Below the pieces are notes generated by a model. The model made no database searches. It saw only the letters and a list, made by a program, of their open reading frames with translations, and was not told the DNA's origin. Shown here piece after piece: positions 19,576 to 28,955 of a DNA stretch of 64,000 bases (position 1 is the first letter of the stretch; every line of letters starts with the position of its first letter). The stretch comes from an uncultured Planctomycetia bacterium (lineage in GTDB: Bacteria; Planctomycetota; UBA8108; UBA1146). The position numbers and the translations under genes are program-made. The stretch covers positions 11,238 through 75,237 of the forward strand of contig CAZSDP010000022.1 of NCBI GenBank assembly GCA_964605665.1. The letters are read 5' to 3'.

Positions 19576-20196
19576 TTGGCCAAACTCTACTTTCGACATG
19601 GCACCGTGGGGAGTGCGAAAACTCTCAATCTGCTGGCGGTCGCCCACAACTATGAGCGCCAAGGCAAACGAGTTCACGTTCTCAAGCCCAGTTTCGATAC
19701 GCGATTCGGGGCCGAGGAGGTCGCATCTCGGGCGGGGCTCAAGCGAACGGCGCACCAGTTGATTTCGGAGGAGACCGAGCTCGATCCTGCCGACTTCCAT
19801 GACTGCCACTGCATCCTCGTCGATGAAGCGCAGTTCTTGGCTCCCCGTCACGTCGATCAACTGCGCGACATCACCCGGATCGCCAATTGCCCGGTGATCT
19901 GCTACGGCCTGAGGACCGACTTCCGAACGGAACTCTTTCCTGGTAGCCGCCGACTTCTCGAGCTCGCCGATTCGATCGAAGAGGTGAAGACGACCTGCGC
20001 GTTCTGCAACAAGAAAGCGCTCCTGAACTTGAAGCTGGTCGATGGACGAGCGGATCTCGATGGACCGAGTGCCCAGCTCGGTGCGGAAGAGACTTATCAG
20101 CCGGTTTGTTTCGCCCACTATCTCGAGCAACATCGGCGGGAAGGTGTGGTGGGACTGCGCATCGTCGCCGAAGAGAATTCGTCGACGTCAGTCTGA
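19576..20196 (+). CDS. tdk: Thymidine kinase
   Basis: MAKLYFRHGTVGSAKT... (P-loop) and the Zn-ribbon CAFCNKKA...CFAHY match E. coli Tdk closely. TTG start. Confidence 0.9.
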   Translation: MAKLYFRHGTVGSAKTLNLLAVAHNYERQGKRVHVLKPSFDTRFGAEEVASRAGLKRTAHQLISEETELDPADFHDCHCILVDEAQFLAPRHVDQLRDITRIANCPVICYGLRTDFRTELFPGSRRLLELADSIEEVKTTCAFCNKKALLNLKLVDGRADLDGPSAQLGAEETYQPVCFAHYLEQHRREGVVGLRIVAEENSSTSV

Positions 20197-20219
20197 ACGG
20201 AACTCGAATTCTTGCCGCC

Positions 20220-20798
20220 TCACCGATCGGTGAGGCGGACGCCGGTCGCCATGAAGCTGACGAGCACTTTCGGTGCATCGATCGAGTTTGGATCTTCGGT
20301 GCCGGACTCTGCCGCATAGTGCCGCTGTTCCTCGACCGAAACCGTTTGGCGACGGACGTTCCCTTCGATCCACGCGATCTTTCCTTCGCAGTCCTTCGGC
20401 AGGAAGAATGCGTAGTCCGCAAATTTGACTCTGGCTTCACTCTGACCGTCAGTCACCTTGATCCAGCACCCTTTTGCTTTGCAGACATCGATCACCTCCG
20501 CGCGGACCAGAATCGGCCGATCGGAGTAGGTCTCCGGTGCATCGATGACCAACGCGAAGTCGTCGAGGGCTTTTCGGGTCACGCCGGCGCCGAAGTCATC
20601 TCCGGTTGGAATCGAGGTGGAGCCACGAAGCTGGTGCTCCGCGCCAGATCTGCTCTCCGCGAGTGATCGGTCGGGACGGGAGCTCGGTCGAGAGGTGGGG
20701 TTTTCGGCTCGCTCGGTAGAGGAACCGCACCCGAGAAGAGCCGCGAGGGAGACGAAGCAGAGGAATCGGATCGTGGTGGACAACATCGAAGACTCCAT
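20220..20798 (-). CDS. DUF4920-like lipoprotein
   Basis: Lipobox LLGCGS. Conserved ...CKAKGCWIKV... motif. Confidence 0.65.
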   Translation of the reverse strand: MESSMLSTTIRFLCFVSLAALLGCGSSTERAENPTSRPSSRPDRSLAESRSGAEHQLRGSTSIPTGDDFGAGVTRKALDDFALVIDAPETYSDRPILVRAEVIDVCKAKGCWIKVTDGQSEARVKFADYAFFLPKDCEGKIAWIEGNVRRQTVSVEEQRHYAAESGTEDPNSIDAPKVLVSFMATGVRLTDR

Positions 20799-21039
20799 TC
20801 AGATCGGGCAGAGACCCTTCAGCTTGTCGGAGAGGGATCGATCGGCTGGGCACAGATTCGAAGGGGCGATTGGACCGTAAATCGCCGTTGGAAGGGGGAA
20901 GATCGCGCCAGATTTTGCGAATTTGGCCGGCCGCCACCGGGCACCGGCGAGTTCAATTCTCGAGATCGGCTGCAAAGTGTGTTTCTGCGGGTAGACTTCC
21001 GCCAACCCTTTTCCCCGCCGTCGATGCGGAAGGAGAACT

Positions 21040-22578
21040 ATGGCTGCCAAAGAACCGGGAACGACTGATCTTCCTCCCGCAGTGCTCGACCTGGTGGAGG
21101 AACTCCGGCGTTCGAGTTTGATTGGATCTGCGTTGGCTCTCCTCGGTTGGGACCAAGAGACGCAACTCCCCCCCGGCGGAGCCGCCAGTCGAGCCGAGGT
21201 GATGGGGGCGTTGACCGAGGTCTATCACAACCGTGCGACCTCCGATCGACTGGGAGAGAAGATCGACTTGGCGGCAGCGGAGATCGCCGGAGAGGACGGC
21301 CCTCTTTCCGCCTTGGTGCGGGAAGCGACGCGAGACTGGCGGCGCAGTCGCTGTGTGCCGACCGAGCTCGCCCAGGAAGTGGCGGTGCAAGCTTCGAAGT
21401 CGGTGATGGCTTGGCGATCGGCGCGGCAGCAGGATGACTTCGCAGGGTACCGTCCGCAGCTCGAACGGATGGTCGACCTCAAGTGTCAGGTGGCGGATGC
21501 CATCGGCCGCGATTTCGGAAGCACCCGCTACGACACCCTCCTCGATGAGTACGAACCAGGGATGACGGGGGCGCAGTTTCAAGGGTACATCGATGTCGTC
21601 AAGCCGCGCCTGGTCCAGCTCGTCGCGGATGCGACTCCTCGCTGTGCACGAATGGACGTCCAGTTCTTGAGCGCCGGCTACGACCGCGATCAGCAGTTGG
21701 AATTCTCGCGAGAGGTCCTTTCAGCGATGGGATACGACTTCGACCGTGGTCGACTCGATCTCACCGCCCACCCCTTCTGCACCGGGATCGCCGCCCCCTT
21801 CGATGTGCGGATCACCACCCGTGTCGACGATGACGATTTCACCGGCAATTTCTTCAGCGTGATTCATGAAGGGGGCCATGCGCTCTACGAGCAGGGCCTC
21901 GATCCGGCTTGGGCTGGGACTCCCCTCGGGAGCGCGACTTCGCTGGGGATTCACGAGTCACAGTCGCGACTGTGGGAGAACGTGATCAGCCGCAGCGACG
22001 AATTCTGGACCCACTGGTTGCCCCGTTTCCGAGCGGCTTTCCCCGGACGTTGCGATTCGGTCTCTCACACCGACTTCGTCGCCGCCGTCAATCGGGTGGT
22101 TCCATCTCTGATCCGCACCGAAGCGGACGAAGTGACCTATAGCTTGCACGTGATGCTCCGTTTCGAATTGGAACACGGCCTGATCGAAGGAAAGATCAAC
22201 GTCGAGGATCTTCCCGAGTTGTGGCGAACGCAGATGCAGGAACTTCTCGGCGTGGTCCCTGAAAACGATGCCGACGGGGTTCTTCAAGACATCCACTGGG
22301 CGATGGGCGCCTTTGGTTACTTCCCGACTTACTTCCTCGGGAATCTCTATGGCGCACAGATCGATCGTCAGGCGCGGAAAGAACTTCCCGACCTCGACGA
22401 GCAGCTCGCGCGCGGGGAGATGATTCCTCTGCGAGAGTGGCTCGGCGAGAAGGTCCATATGCAGGGGCGGCGCTATCAGTCTCTCGACCTGATTCGCGAG
22501 ATCTGTGGCGAAGATCTCGACCCCACTTTGTTCGTCGATTACCTCGAAGACAAAGTGACGAGGTTCTTTCCCGATTGA
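21040..22578 (+). CDS. M32 carboxypeptidase (Taq-type metallocarboxypeptidase)
   Basis: HEGGHALYEQG zinc motif, DVRITTR and HPF motifs. 512 aa. Confidence 0.9.
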   Translation: MAAKEPGTTDLPPAVLDLVEELRRSSLIGSALALLGWDQETQLPPGGAASRAEVMGALTEVYHNRATSDRLGEKIDLAAAEIAGEDGPLSALVREATRDWRRSRCVPTELAQEVAVQASKSVMAWRSARQQDDFAGYRPQLERMVDLKCQVADAIGRDFGSTRYDTLLDEYEPGMTGAQFQGYIDVVKPRLVQLVADATPRCARMDVQFLSAGYDRDQQLEFSREVLSAMGYDFDRGRLDLTAHPFCTGIAAPFDVRITTRVDDDDFTGNFFSVIHEGGHALYEQGLDPAWAGTPLGSATSLGIHESQSRLWENVISRSDEFWTHWLPRFRAAFPGRCDSVSHTDFVAAVNRVVPSLIRTEADEVTYSLHVMLRFELEHGLIEGKINVEDLPELWRTQMQELLGVVPENDADGVLQDIHWAMGAFGYFPTYFLGNLYGAQIDRQARKELPDLDEQLARGEMIPLREWLGEKVHMQGRRYQSLDLIREICGEDLDPTLFVDYLEDKVTRFFPD

Positions 22579-22599
22579 CGAAAGGGAGAGATCCCACCG

Positions 22600-24951
22600 A
22601 TGGGTAAGCGTGGTCGAGAAGACGATGGAGCGGGAGAAGGGACTCGGTCTCCGATTCGCCCTCGTGGTCTTGAGGCGATACCGCTGATCGGTCGCTATAC
22701 CCGTTGGCTCCATACCCGTTGGCCGGCGGGGAAGGTCGAGAAGCTCCCGGAAGTTCGGGAAGATGGCTCGACCCGATTGCCGGGACTCTATGTCGTCGGC
22801 GATCTGACCGGTGTTCCCCTTTTGAAGCTCTCCGCTGAGAGCGGAACGAAGGCGGTGCGCACCATCGTCGAGCGCGGCATCCCATCCGCGTCCGGCGATA
22901 CCGAAATTCTCGATTTGGCCATCGTCGGGGGGGGAGTCTCAGGACACGCGGCCGCCATCGAGGCGAACCGACAGCAGCTGAACTATCGTCTCTACGAAGC
23001 GGCGGAACCGTTCTCGACGATCGTGAACTTCCCGCGGGGAAAACCGATCTATACCTATCCCACCGATCTGACTCCTGCCGGAGATCTGCAGTTTCATGAG
23101 AAGTCGGTGGTGAAGGAGGGACTCCTCGAGGATCTGCGCGAGCAGGCGGAAGCGGCGGGCGTTGTCGCGACACCGGCCCGGGTGGAACAGGTCAGAAGGA
23201 GAGCGGGGCTCCTCGAGCTCACCCTCGAGGGGGCAGGGGGAGAGCAGGTGGTCCGCGCCAGGCGGGTGATCGTCGCGATCGGGCGCTCAGGCAATCATCG
23301 CAAATTGGGGGTGCCGGGGGAGGACCGTCCCCACGTCTACAACCGACTACATGATCCCGCCGAGTTTGTTCACCAGAAAGCGCTCGTGGTCGGTGGGGGG
23401 GACAGCGCTTGTGAAACCGCCGTCGCTCTCTGCGACGCCGGGGCGGACGTGACGTTGAGCTATCGGGGAGAGACGCTCGCTCGACCGAAGGCTGAGAATG
23501 CCGAGATGGTCGCGTCGCGGGTGGCCCAGGGAAAGCTAGGGCTGCGTCTCGGTACCGAAGTGCAATCGATCGAAGAGGGAGTGGTCACGCTGCGAAGCGC
23601 CGACCGAGCGACAGAGCAGATTTCCAATGACGTGGTCTTCTCGATGATCGGTCGCGAGGCTCCCCTCGATTTCTTCCGCCGCTCTGGAGTACCGATCCGC
23701 GGCGAGTGGAGCGCCAAGAGCACCCTCACCCTCATCGTCGCATTGGCGATCTTCACCGTGGTCTATCACTGGAAGAAGACCGGCGTTTGGATCCCGATCG
23801 GGGACGCGTTCGCAGAAAATCGTTGGTTCCCCTACAACCTACCGCAGTGGTGGGAGGGGCTCGGTGAGAGCTTCAGCGATCGCTCCTCGATTCTCGGTAC
23901 CTTGAAGGTCACCATCGGTGAACCAGGCTTTTGGTACTCGCTGGTCTACACTCTGGCGATCTTGATCTTTGGCGTCAGGCGGATTCGACGTCGAAAGACC
24001 GCCTACGTCACCCGCCAGACTTGGACCCTCTTCGCGATCCAAGCGATTCCTCTCTTTTTACTGCCGTACATCGTGCTCCCATACCTGGGAAATCAGGGGG
24101 TGTTCGACAGCGGCTTTGCCCAGAGATGCGCCGATGAGTTCTTCCCCGAGGCGAACTATGGACATGGCCGAGAGTATTGGCGCGCGTTTGGATTCATCCT
24201 CGCTTGGCCGCTCTTCTTTTGGAATGTCTTCACCTCGCAACCGATGTGGGGTTGGCTCGTGGTGAGCTTCCTTCAGACCTTCGTGCTGATCCCGCTGTTG
24301 ATCCGTCGTTACGGCAAAGGAGTCTACTGCGGTTGGATCTGTTCCTGCGGAGCCTTGGCGGAAACGGTGGGGGACGCCCACCGCAGCAAGATGCCCCATG
24401 GACCAGCTTGGAATCGGCTCAATATGATCGGGCAGCTGTTTTTGCTCTTCGCCACGATTTTGTTGGTGACGCGCATCGGTTCGTGGATCTGGCCCAATTC
24501 CGGGCTCGGCGAAATCTATCGAGTGGTCCTCGATCGGAACGGTCTACCGGGATTGAACTACGTGTGGTTCGTCGACCTCTTGTGGGCGGGGATTCTCGGG
24601 GTCGGTCTCTATTGGCACTTCTCAGGCCGGGTTTGGTGTCGCTTCGCCTGTCCTCTCGCTGCACTGATGCATATCTATACTCGGTTCAGCCAGTTCGCGA
24701 TCGTTTCGGAAAAGAAGAAGTGCATCTCCTGCAACGTCTGCACTTCGGTCTGCCATCAAGGGATCGACGTCATGGCTTTTGCGAATCGTGGGCTTCCGAT
24801 GCAGGATCCTGAATGTGTCCGCTGCTCTGCTTGTGTCGGCTCTTGTCCCACCGGAGTGCTCACCTTCGGAAGAGTCGATGGGGAAGGGATGACGGTATCT
24901 CTCGATCGGGTTTCTGCATCGGCGGTCCAGGCCGGTGAAGGTGGAAGGTAG
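22600..24951 (+). CDS. Fusion protein: FAD/NAD(P)-binding pyridine-nucleotide-disulfide-oxidoreductase-like domain plus NapH/MauN-like membrane polyferredoxin
   Basis: IVGGGVSGHAAA and LVVGGGDSACETA (two Rossmann motifs) and LYVVGDLTGVP (FAD motif), then TM helices with CGWICSCG and CRFACPLAA motifs, then two 4Fe-4S motifs CISCNVCTSVC and CVRCSACVGSCP. Confidence 0.8.
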   Translation: MGKRGREDDGAGEGTRSPIRPRGLEAIPLIGRYTRWLHTRWPAGKVEKLPEVREDGSTRLPGLYVVGDLTGVPLLKLSAESGTKAVRTIVERGIPSASGDTEILDLAIVGGGVSGHAAAIEANRQQLNYRLYEAAEPFSTIVNFPRGKPIYTYPTDLTPAGDLQFHEKSVVKEGLLEDLREQAEAAGVVATPARVEQVRRRAGLLELTLEGAGGEQVVRARRVIVAIGRSGNHRKLGVPGEDRPHVYNRLHDPAEFVHQKALVVGGGDSACETAVALCDAGADVTLSYRGETLARPKAENAEMVASRVAQGKLGLRLGTEVQSIEEGVVTLRSADRATEQISNDVVFSMIGREAPLDFFRRSGVPIRGEWSAKSTLTLIVALAIFTVVYHWKKTGVWIPIGDAFAENRWFPYNLPQWWEGLGESFSDRSSILGTLKVTIGEPGFWYSLVYTLAILIFGVRRIRRRKTAYVTRQTWTLFAIQAIPLFLLPYIVLPYLGNQGVFDSGFAQRCADEFFPEANYGHGREYWRAFGFILAWPLFFWNVFTSQPMWGWLVVSFLQTFVLIPLLIRRYGKGVYCGWICSCGALAETVGDAHRSKMPHGPAWNRLNMIGQLFLLFATILLVTRIGSWIWPNSGLGEIYRVVLDRNGLPGLNYVWFVDLLWAGILGVGLYWHFSGRVWCRFACPLAALMHIYTRFSQFAIVSEKKKCISCNVCTSVCHQGIDVMAFANRGLPMQDPECVRCSACVGSCPTGVLTFGRVDGEGMTVSLDRVSASAVQAGEGGR

Positions 24952-24957
24952 GCGAAA

Positions 24958-25767
24958 TTGCTGCAGTCACCCCCGACGACCGCGATCATCATCGCTGCAT
25001 ATCAGCAAGCGGAGTCACTACGACTTCTCTTGGCGGCATTGTCCGCAGCACCGCAGACCGACTTCGAGGTCTATGTCGCCGACGATGGCTCATCGCCTTC
25101 GATGGAGGAGCTCCTCGCACGCGAGGTGGCGGAGTCACCCTTTCCGGTGACCTTTCATTGGCAGCCCGATGCGGGGTTTCGCAAGGCTTCGATCCTCAAT
25201 GCCACCGTCTCACCGCTCACCGCCGAATTACTGGTTTTTCTCGACGGCGACTGCATCCCCCATCGTGATCTCATCGAGGTCTACCGTCAGGCATTTCAGC
25301 CACGGGAGTTCTTCGTCGGCAGTGTCGGTTTTCTCGAGGTGAATCGGAGCCGCGCGCTCGACTCTCACTCGGTGGCGGCGGGCGCACATGAGGGAACGAT
25401 CGGGTTCAAACAGGAGTGGAAGATCCGGATGACCCACTGGAAGAACCAACTCTACCGCGGTCGGAAGAGAGTCCGTCCGCGGATCCGAGGGGGGAACTTC
25501 GCCATCTGTTCGCAACTCTATCGGCTGGTCGATGGATTCGACGAAGTCTATGAAGGACACGGGAAAGAAGACTCCGATCTGCGCAATCGACTCCGCAATA
25601 GCGGGGCGAAAGGACTGAGCCTTTGGAACCGAGCGCGGGCGGTCCATCTCTCACGCGAGGTGGCACCGAGTGGTGAGCGCGCGCCGACGCCGATCTCGCT
25701 CTATGAAGAGGGGCGGCAGTTGATCAAGGCGAGGCGGGGACTCAGCGCTCACTCAGAAGGCGATTGA
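24958..25767 (+). CDS. Family 2 glycosyltransferase
   Basis: AIIIAAYQQAESL...YVADDGS...FLDGDCIP (DXD). Confidence 0.8.
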   Translation: MLQSPPTTAIIIAAYQQAESLRLLLAALSAAPQTDFEVYVADDGSSPSMEELLAREVAESPFPVTFHWQPDAGFRKASILNATVSPLTAELLVFLDGDCIPHRDLIEVYRQAFQPREFFVGSVGFLEVNRSRALDSHSVAAGAHEGTIGFKQEWKIRMTHWKNQLYRGRKRVRPRIRGGNFAICSQLYRLVDGFDEVYEGHGKEDSDLRNRLRNSGAKGLSLWNRARAVHLSREVAPSGERAPTPISLYEEGRQLIKARRGLSAHSEGD

Positions 25768-25782
25768 GCGACGTCGGTCTGC

Positions 25783-26613
25783 TCAACGGAGGGGGCGTCC
25801 ATCTGCGTCTAAGCCCCAACCGGAGTACCGATGTTCGAGCAGTCCCTTTGCCTTGAGGCGGATCGACTTCTCTCGCGCCAACCGATCGATGCGTTCGGTG
25901 ATCTCCTCGAGCGGACGTCGCGGTTCGAATTTGCCTCGGTTCCCGCGGAGAAAGGACTCACCTCCGGCGGCGAGGAAGTAGCGCCAAAAGCGTAGGCGGG
26001 TGGTGGAAGAGATGTTCGGGGGAAGATGCCCGAGTTGAGCTAAGTTCTCGATCACCTGGGCTGGCGAGATTCGATCGACGAGGCGAACGTCGTCGAGATC
26101 GACCAAGATCGCTTGCCACCCTGTGGCGTTACGGCGGACCAACACATTTTGTGGAGCGAGGTCGCTGGTGGCGAAACCGGCCTTCAACAACTGGACCAGA
26201 GAGTCGGCGATCGAGCGCAGGAACTCATCGAGGGAGATCAGATCGCGCAACTGATCCTGAGCAGCGGCATGAGCGAGGTGAATGTGGTCACCGTCGAACC
26301 AACGGGTGACGAGCACCGCGGCGTCGGGGCCGTCGGTGGTGAAGCACACCGCTTCCGGCAGCGGCAGCTGGCGTCGAGAGAGAAGTTCCCAAGATCTCCG
26401 CGCGGGGGCGATCGCTCGGAAGCGCAGCAGCCCGCGGGCACGATAGTGCTTGCGCGCATAGTGCTCGCCATCGACCGCGACTTCGACCACGACTCCCCGG
26501 CGGTTGCGGTGGATCTCTCGAAGCACCGGTGCTTCCAAAATCGCCCGCGCGAGTTCGGGGGAGATTCCGGGGGCGAGTTCAGCTGGAAATGATGGATCGA
26601 TTCTTGCGACCAT
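25783..26613 (-). CDS. Lipopolysaccharide kinase (Kdo/WaaP) family protein
   Basis: ...DLAPQNVLVRRNATGWQAILVDLDDVRL... catalytic-loop pattern of the LPS-kinase family. Confidence 0.7.
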   Translation of the reverse strand: MVARIDPSFPAELAPGISPELARAILEAPVLREIHRNRRGVVVEVAVDGEHYARKHYRARGLLRFRAIAPARRSWELLSRRQLPLPEAVCFTTDGPDAAVLVTRWFDGDHIHLAHAAAQDQLRDLISLDEFLRSIADSLVQLLKAGFATSDLAPQNVLVRRNATGWQAILVDLDDVRLVDRISPAQVIENLAQLGHLPPNISSTTRLRFWRYFLAAGGESFLRGNRGKFEPRRPLEEITERIDRLAREKSIRLKAKGLLEHRYSGWGLDADGRPLR

Positions 26614-26780
26614 GAGCCTCCGTGGCGCGATGGTACCGGAGCTGGCTGGCGGAGTCAGGAGAAGGTCTCCAGAAGTGTCGAGATCCCTCGCGCTGGCAGT
26701 TGCGGAATCGCAGAGAATCGCGGGGATCGCGGTTCCGCCTCACGTCTTCGCGTAGCCCCTGCTCTTGGAGGTTTCTGGAG

Positions 26781-27398
26781 ATGATATCGATCGCGTCTCA
26801 CCCCCTGCTCGAGGTCGAGTCCTTTGCGGCGACTCTGCCCTGTCCACTCTCCGAAATCGAGACCCCTTCCCACCTGCTCGCCGCCCTCGACGCAGAAGCT
26901 GAGAATCTGCGCGATGACGAGACGAAGGGGGCGGTGAGGCGGATGCTGCGATTCGGTGGGTACCGTCCCGCCGGTCGCGGCAAGCCAGCGAGCGAGTTTC
27001 TCGTCGCGGCCTCGCAGAAGGGGATCCTCTCTTCGATCAATGGTGTGGTCGATGGATGCAACGCCTCCAGCCTGTGGGGAGGGCTACCGATCAGCGTGGT
27101 CGATTTCGATCGGGTCACCGAACCTCTGAAGATCGAGATCGCGGCGGAGGGGTCGTCCTATCTATTCAATCGCGCCGGACAGGAGATTCAGCTGACCGGC
27201 CTCCTCTGCCTCTTCGACGCCGAGGGACCGTGTGCCAACGCGGTCAAAGACTCCCAGAGGACGAAAACTCACGGAGAAACGGAGCGGTTGCTCGCAGTGG
27301 TTTGGGGGACTCGAGAACTTCCAGGACGAACGGCGGCGGTGGCGGATCGCTACCGCGCGGCGATCGAGGCGGTCGGGGGAGAGATCTCCCCGATTTGA
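26781..27398 (+). CDS. B3/4 domain protein (PheT B3/B4-like)
   Basis: ...ETKGAVRRMLRFGGYRPAGRGKPASEFL... is typical of the B3_4 family. Internal ATG chosen (MISIASHPLL...) over the long upstream extension that overlaps the divergent gene. Confidence 0.55.
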   Translation: MISIASHPLLEVESFAATLPCPLSEIETPSHLLAALDAEAENLRDDETKGAVRRMLRFGGYRPAGRGKPASEFLVAASQKGILSSINGVVDGCNASSLWGGLPISVVDFDRVTEPLKIEIAAEGSSYLFNRAGQEIQLTGLLCLFDAEGPCANAVKDSQRTKTHGETERLLAVVWGTRELPGRTAAVADRYRAAIEAVGGEISPI

Positions 27399-27615
27399 GG
27401 GGAAATCCCCCAATTCGGGGAGGAAGAAAAAAGTCCCAGAATTGTCCTGAATTCGCTGCACCCGCTACCCCAGATCGTGCGAATCGGTACGATACATGAC
27501 AGCGTTGACGCGCTTGAGGCGGCCGATCAGAAGAGAGGGCGCCGAGCGGAAACGCCCTCAGTTGGCGGACCCTTCGATCAGATCGGTCATTCCCCATTGA
27601 ACAGGAGCACCCCCA

Positions 27616-28844
27616 TGGATTTCGCCCCCGTCGAGGAGCTGATTCGCGAGATCGCTCGCGGTGGCATGGTCATCCTCGTGGATGATCCCGGACGGGAGAA
27701 CGAGGGCGATCTCGTGATGGCGGCGGAGAAAGCTTCCGCCGATGCGATTCGATTCATGGCGACCGAGGGGCGTGGGTTGATCTGTGCCCCCGTCTCCGCG
27801 TCGATCGCCGATCGTCTCGAGCTCCCCTTGATGACCGAGAACCCCTCCGACCCGAGTGAGTGCATGTTCACGATCTCCGTCGATGCGCGCGAGGGAACGA
27901 CCACGGGGATCTCCGCATTCGATCGAGCACTCACCGCCCGACTCCTCGCGAGTCCCAATTCTCGGCCGAGAGATTTCAAACGTCCTGGGCATCTCTTTCC
28001 GTTGCGAGCGGAAGCGGGGGGAGTGCTCAAACGTCCCGGTCACACCGAGGCCGCGATCGATCTCGCTCGTCTCGCCGGATTGGCGGAAGCGGGAATCATC
28101 TGCGAGGTGATGTCGGAGGATGGTTCGATGGCGAGGCTCCCCGAGCTGCGAAGACTCGCGGCTCGCGATAATTTGCTGATCGGTACCATCGCAGATCTGG
28201 TGGAGTATCGGCGCCTCCAAGGAGATCAATCTGAGCCAAAGTCGTTGTCTCTCTCCGTTCGACGACTCGCCGAAGCGGAGCTGCCCACCCCACTCGGGGT
28301 GTTCGAAGTGCACGTATTTGCGACGGGGCGCGATGAAGAGATCATCGTGTTGTCGCAAGGCGACCTCTCTGGTGAGGAACCGCCTCTGGTTCGGGTGCAC
28401 TCCGCTTGCTTGACCGGCGATGTGCTCGGCTCTCTCCGTTGTGACTGTGGTGGTCAGCTGGAGATGTCTTTGCGCAAGATCGGTGAAGCGGAACGAGGAG
28501 CGGTGATCTATCTGCCTCAGGAGGGGCGGGGGATCGGGCTGGCAAAGAAGATCGAAGCCTACCGACTGCAGCAGCAAGACGGCCTCGACACCGTCGAAGC
28601 GAACCACAAGCTCGGATTTCCGGCGGACCTCCGCAGTTACGAGGATGCTGCCGCGGTGCTTCGAGACTTTGGCGTCACTCGAGTGCGACTCTTCACCAAC
28701 AACCCGGCGAAGATCGCGGGCCTCGAGCAGCATGGAGTCAGCGTGGTGGAGCGTTTGGCGATCGAGCCGGGCGCTGGTCCCGTCAACCTCTCCTATCTTC
28801 GGACGAAGAAGGGGAAGCTGGGACACCTCTTCGAAGCGATCTGA
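27616..28844 (+). CDS. ribBA: Bifunctional 3,4-dihydroxy-2-butanone-4-phosphate synthase / GTP cyclohydrolase II
   Basis: RibB motifs (DDPGRENEGDLVMAAE, GHTEA) and RibA motifs (CLTGDVLGSLRCDCG, GRGIGL). Confidence 0.9.
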
Positions 28845-28881
28845 ACCCCAGCGCTTCTCGTCTGACGATGACCCGTGATCC

Positions 28882-28931
28882 AAAAAAAACACCGGCCCGG
28901 GAGCGTGACGCTCTCGGGCCGGTGGTGTTTT
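28882..28931. terminator. Bidirectional rho-independent terminator: A8 - CACCGGCCCGGGAG - loop - CTCTCGGGCCGGTG - GTGTTTTG, between convergent ribBA and the dockerin protein gene
   Basis: Near-perfect 18-bp inverted repeat flanked by an A-run and a T-run. Confidence 0.6.
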
Positions 28932-28955
28932 GCCGTGAGACTCTGGCTAGAGGGT

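Noticed and set aside
19087-20133. 348-aa ORF on the minus strand
   Set aside because: Antisense to thymidine kinase. Arg/Pro-rich with no family resemblance.
27558-28892. 444-aa ORF on the minus strand
   Set aside because: Antisense to ribBA, which has unambiguous catalytic motifs. No recognisable domains.
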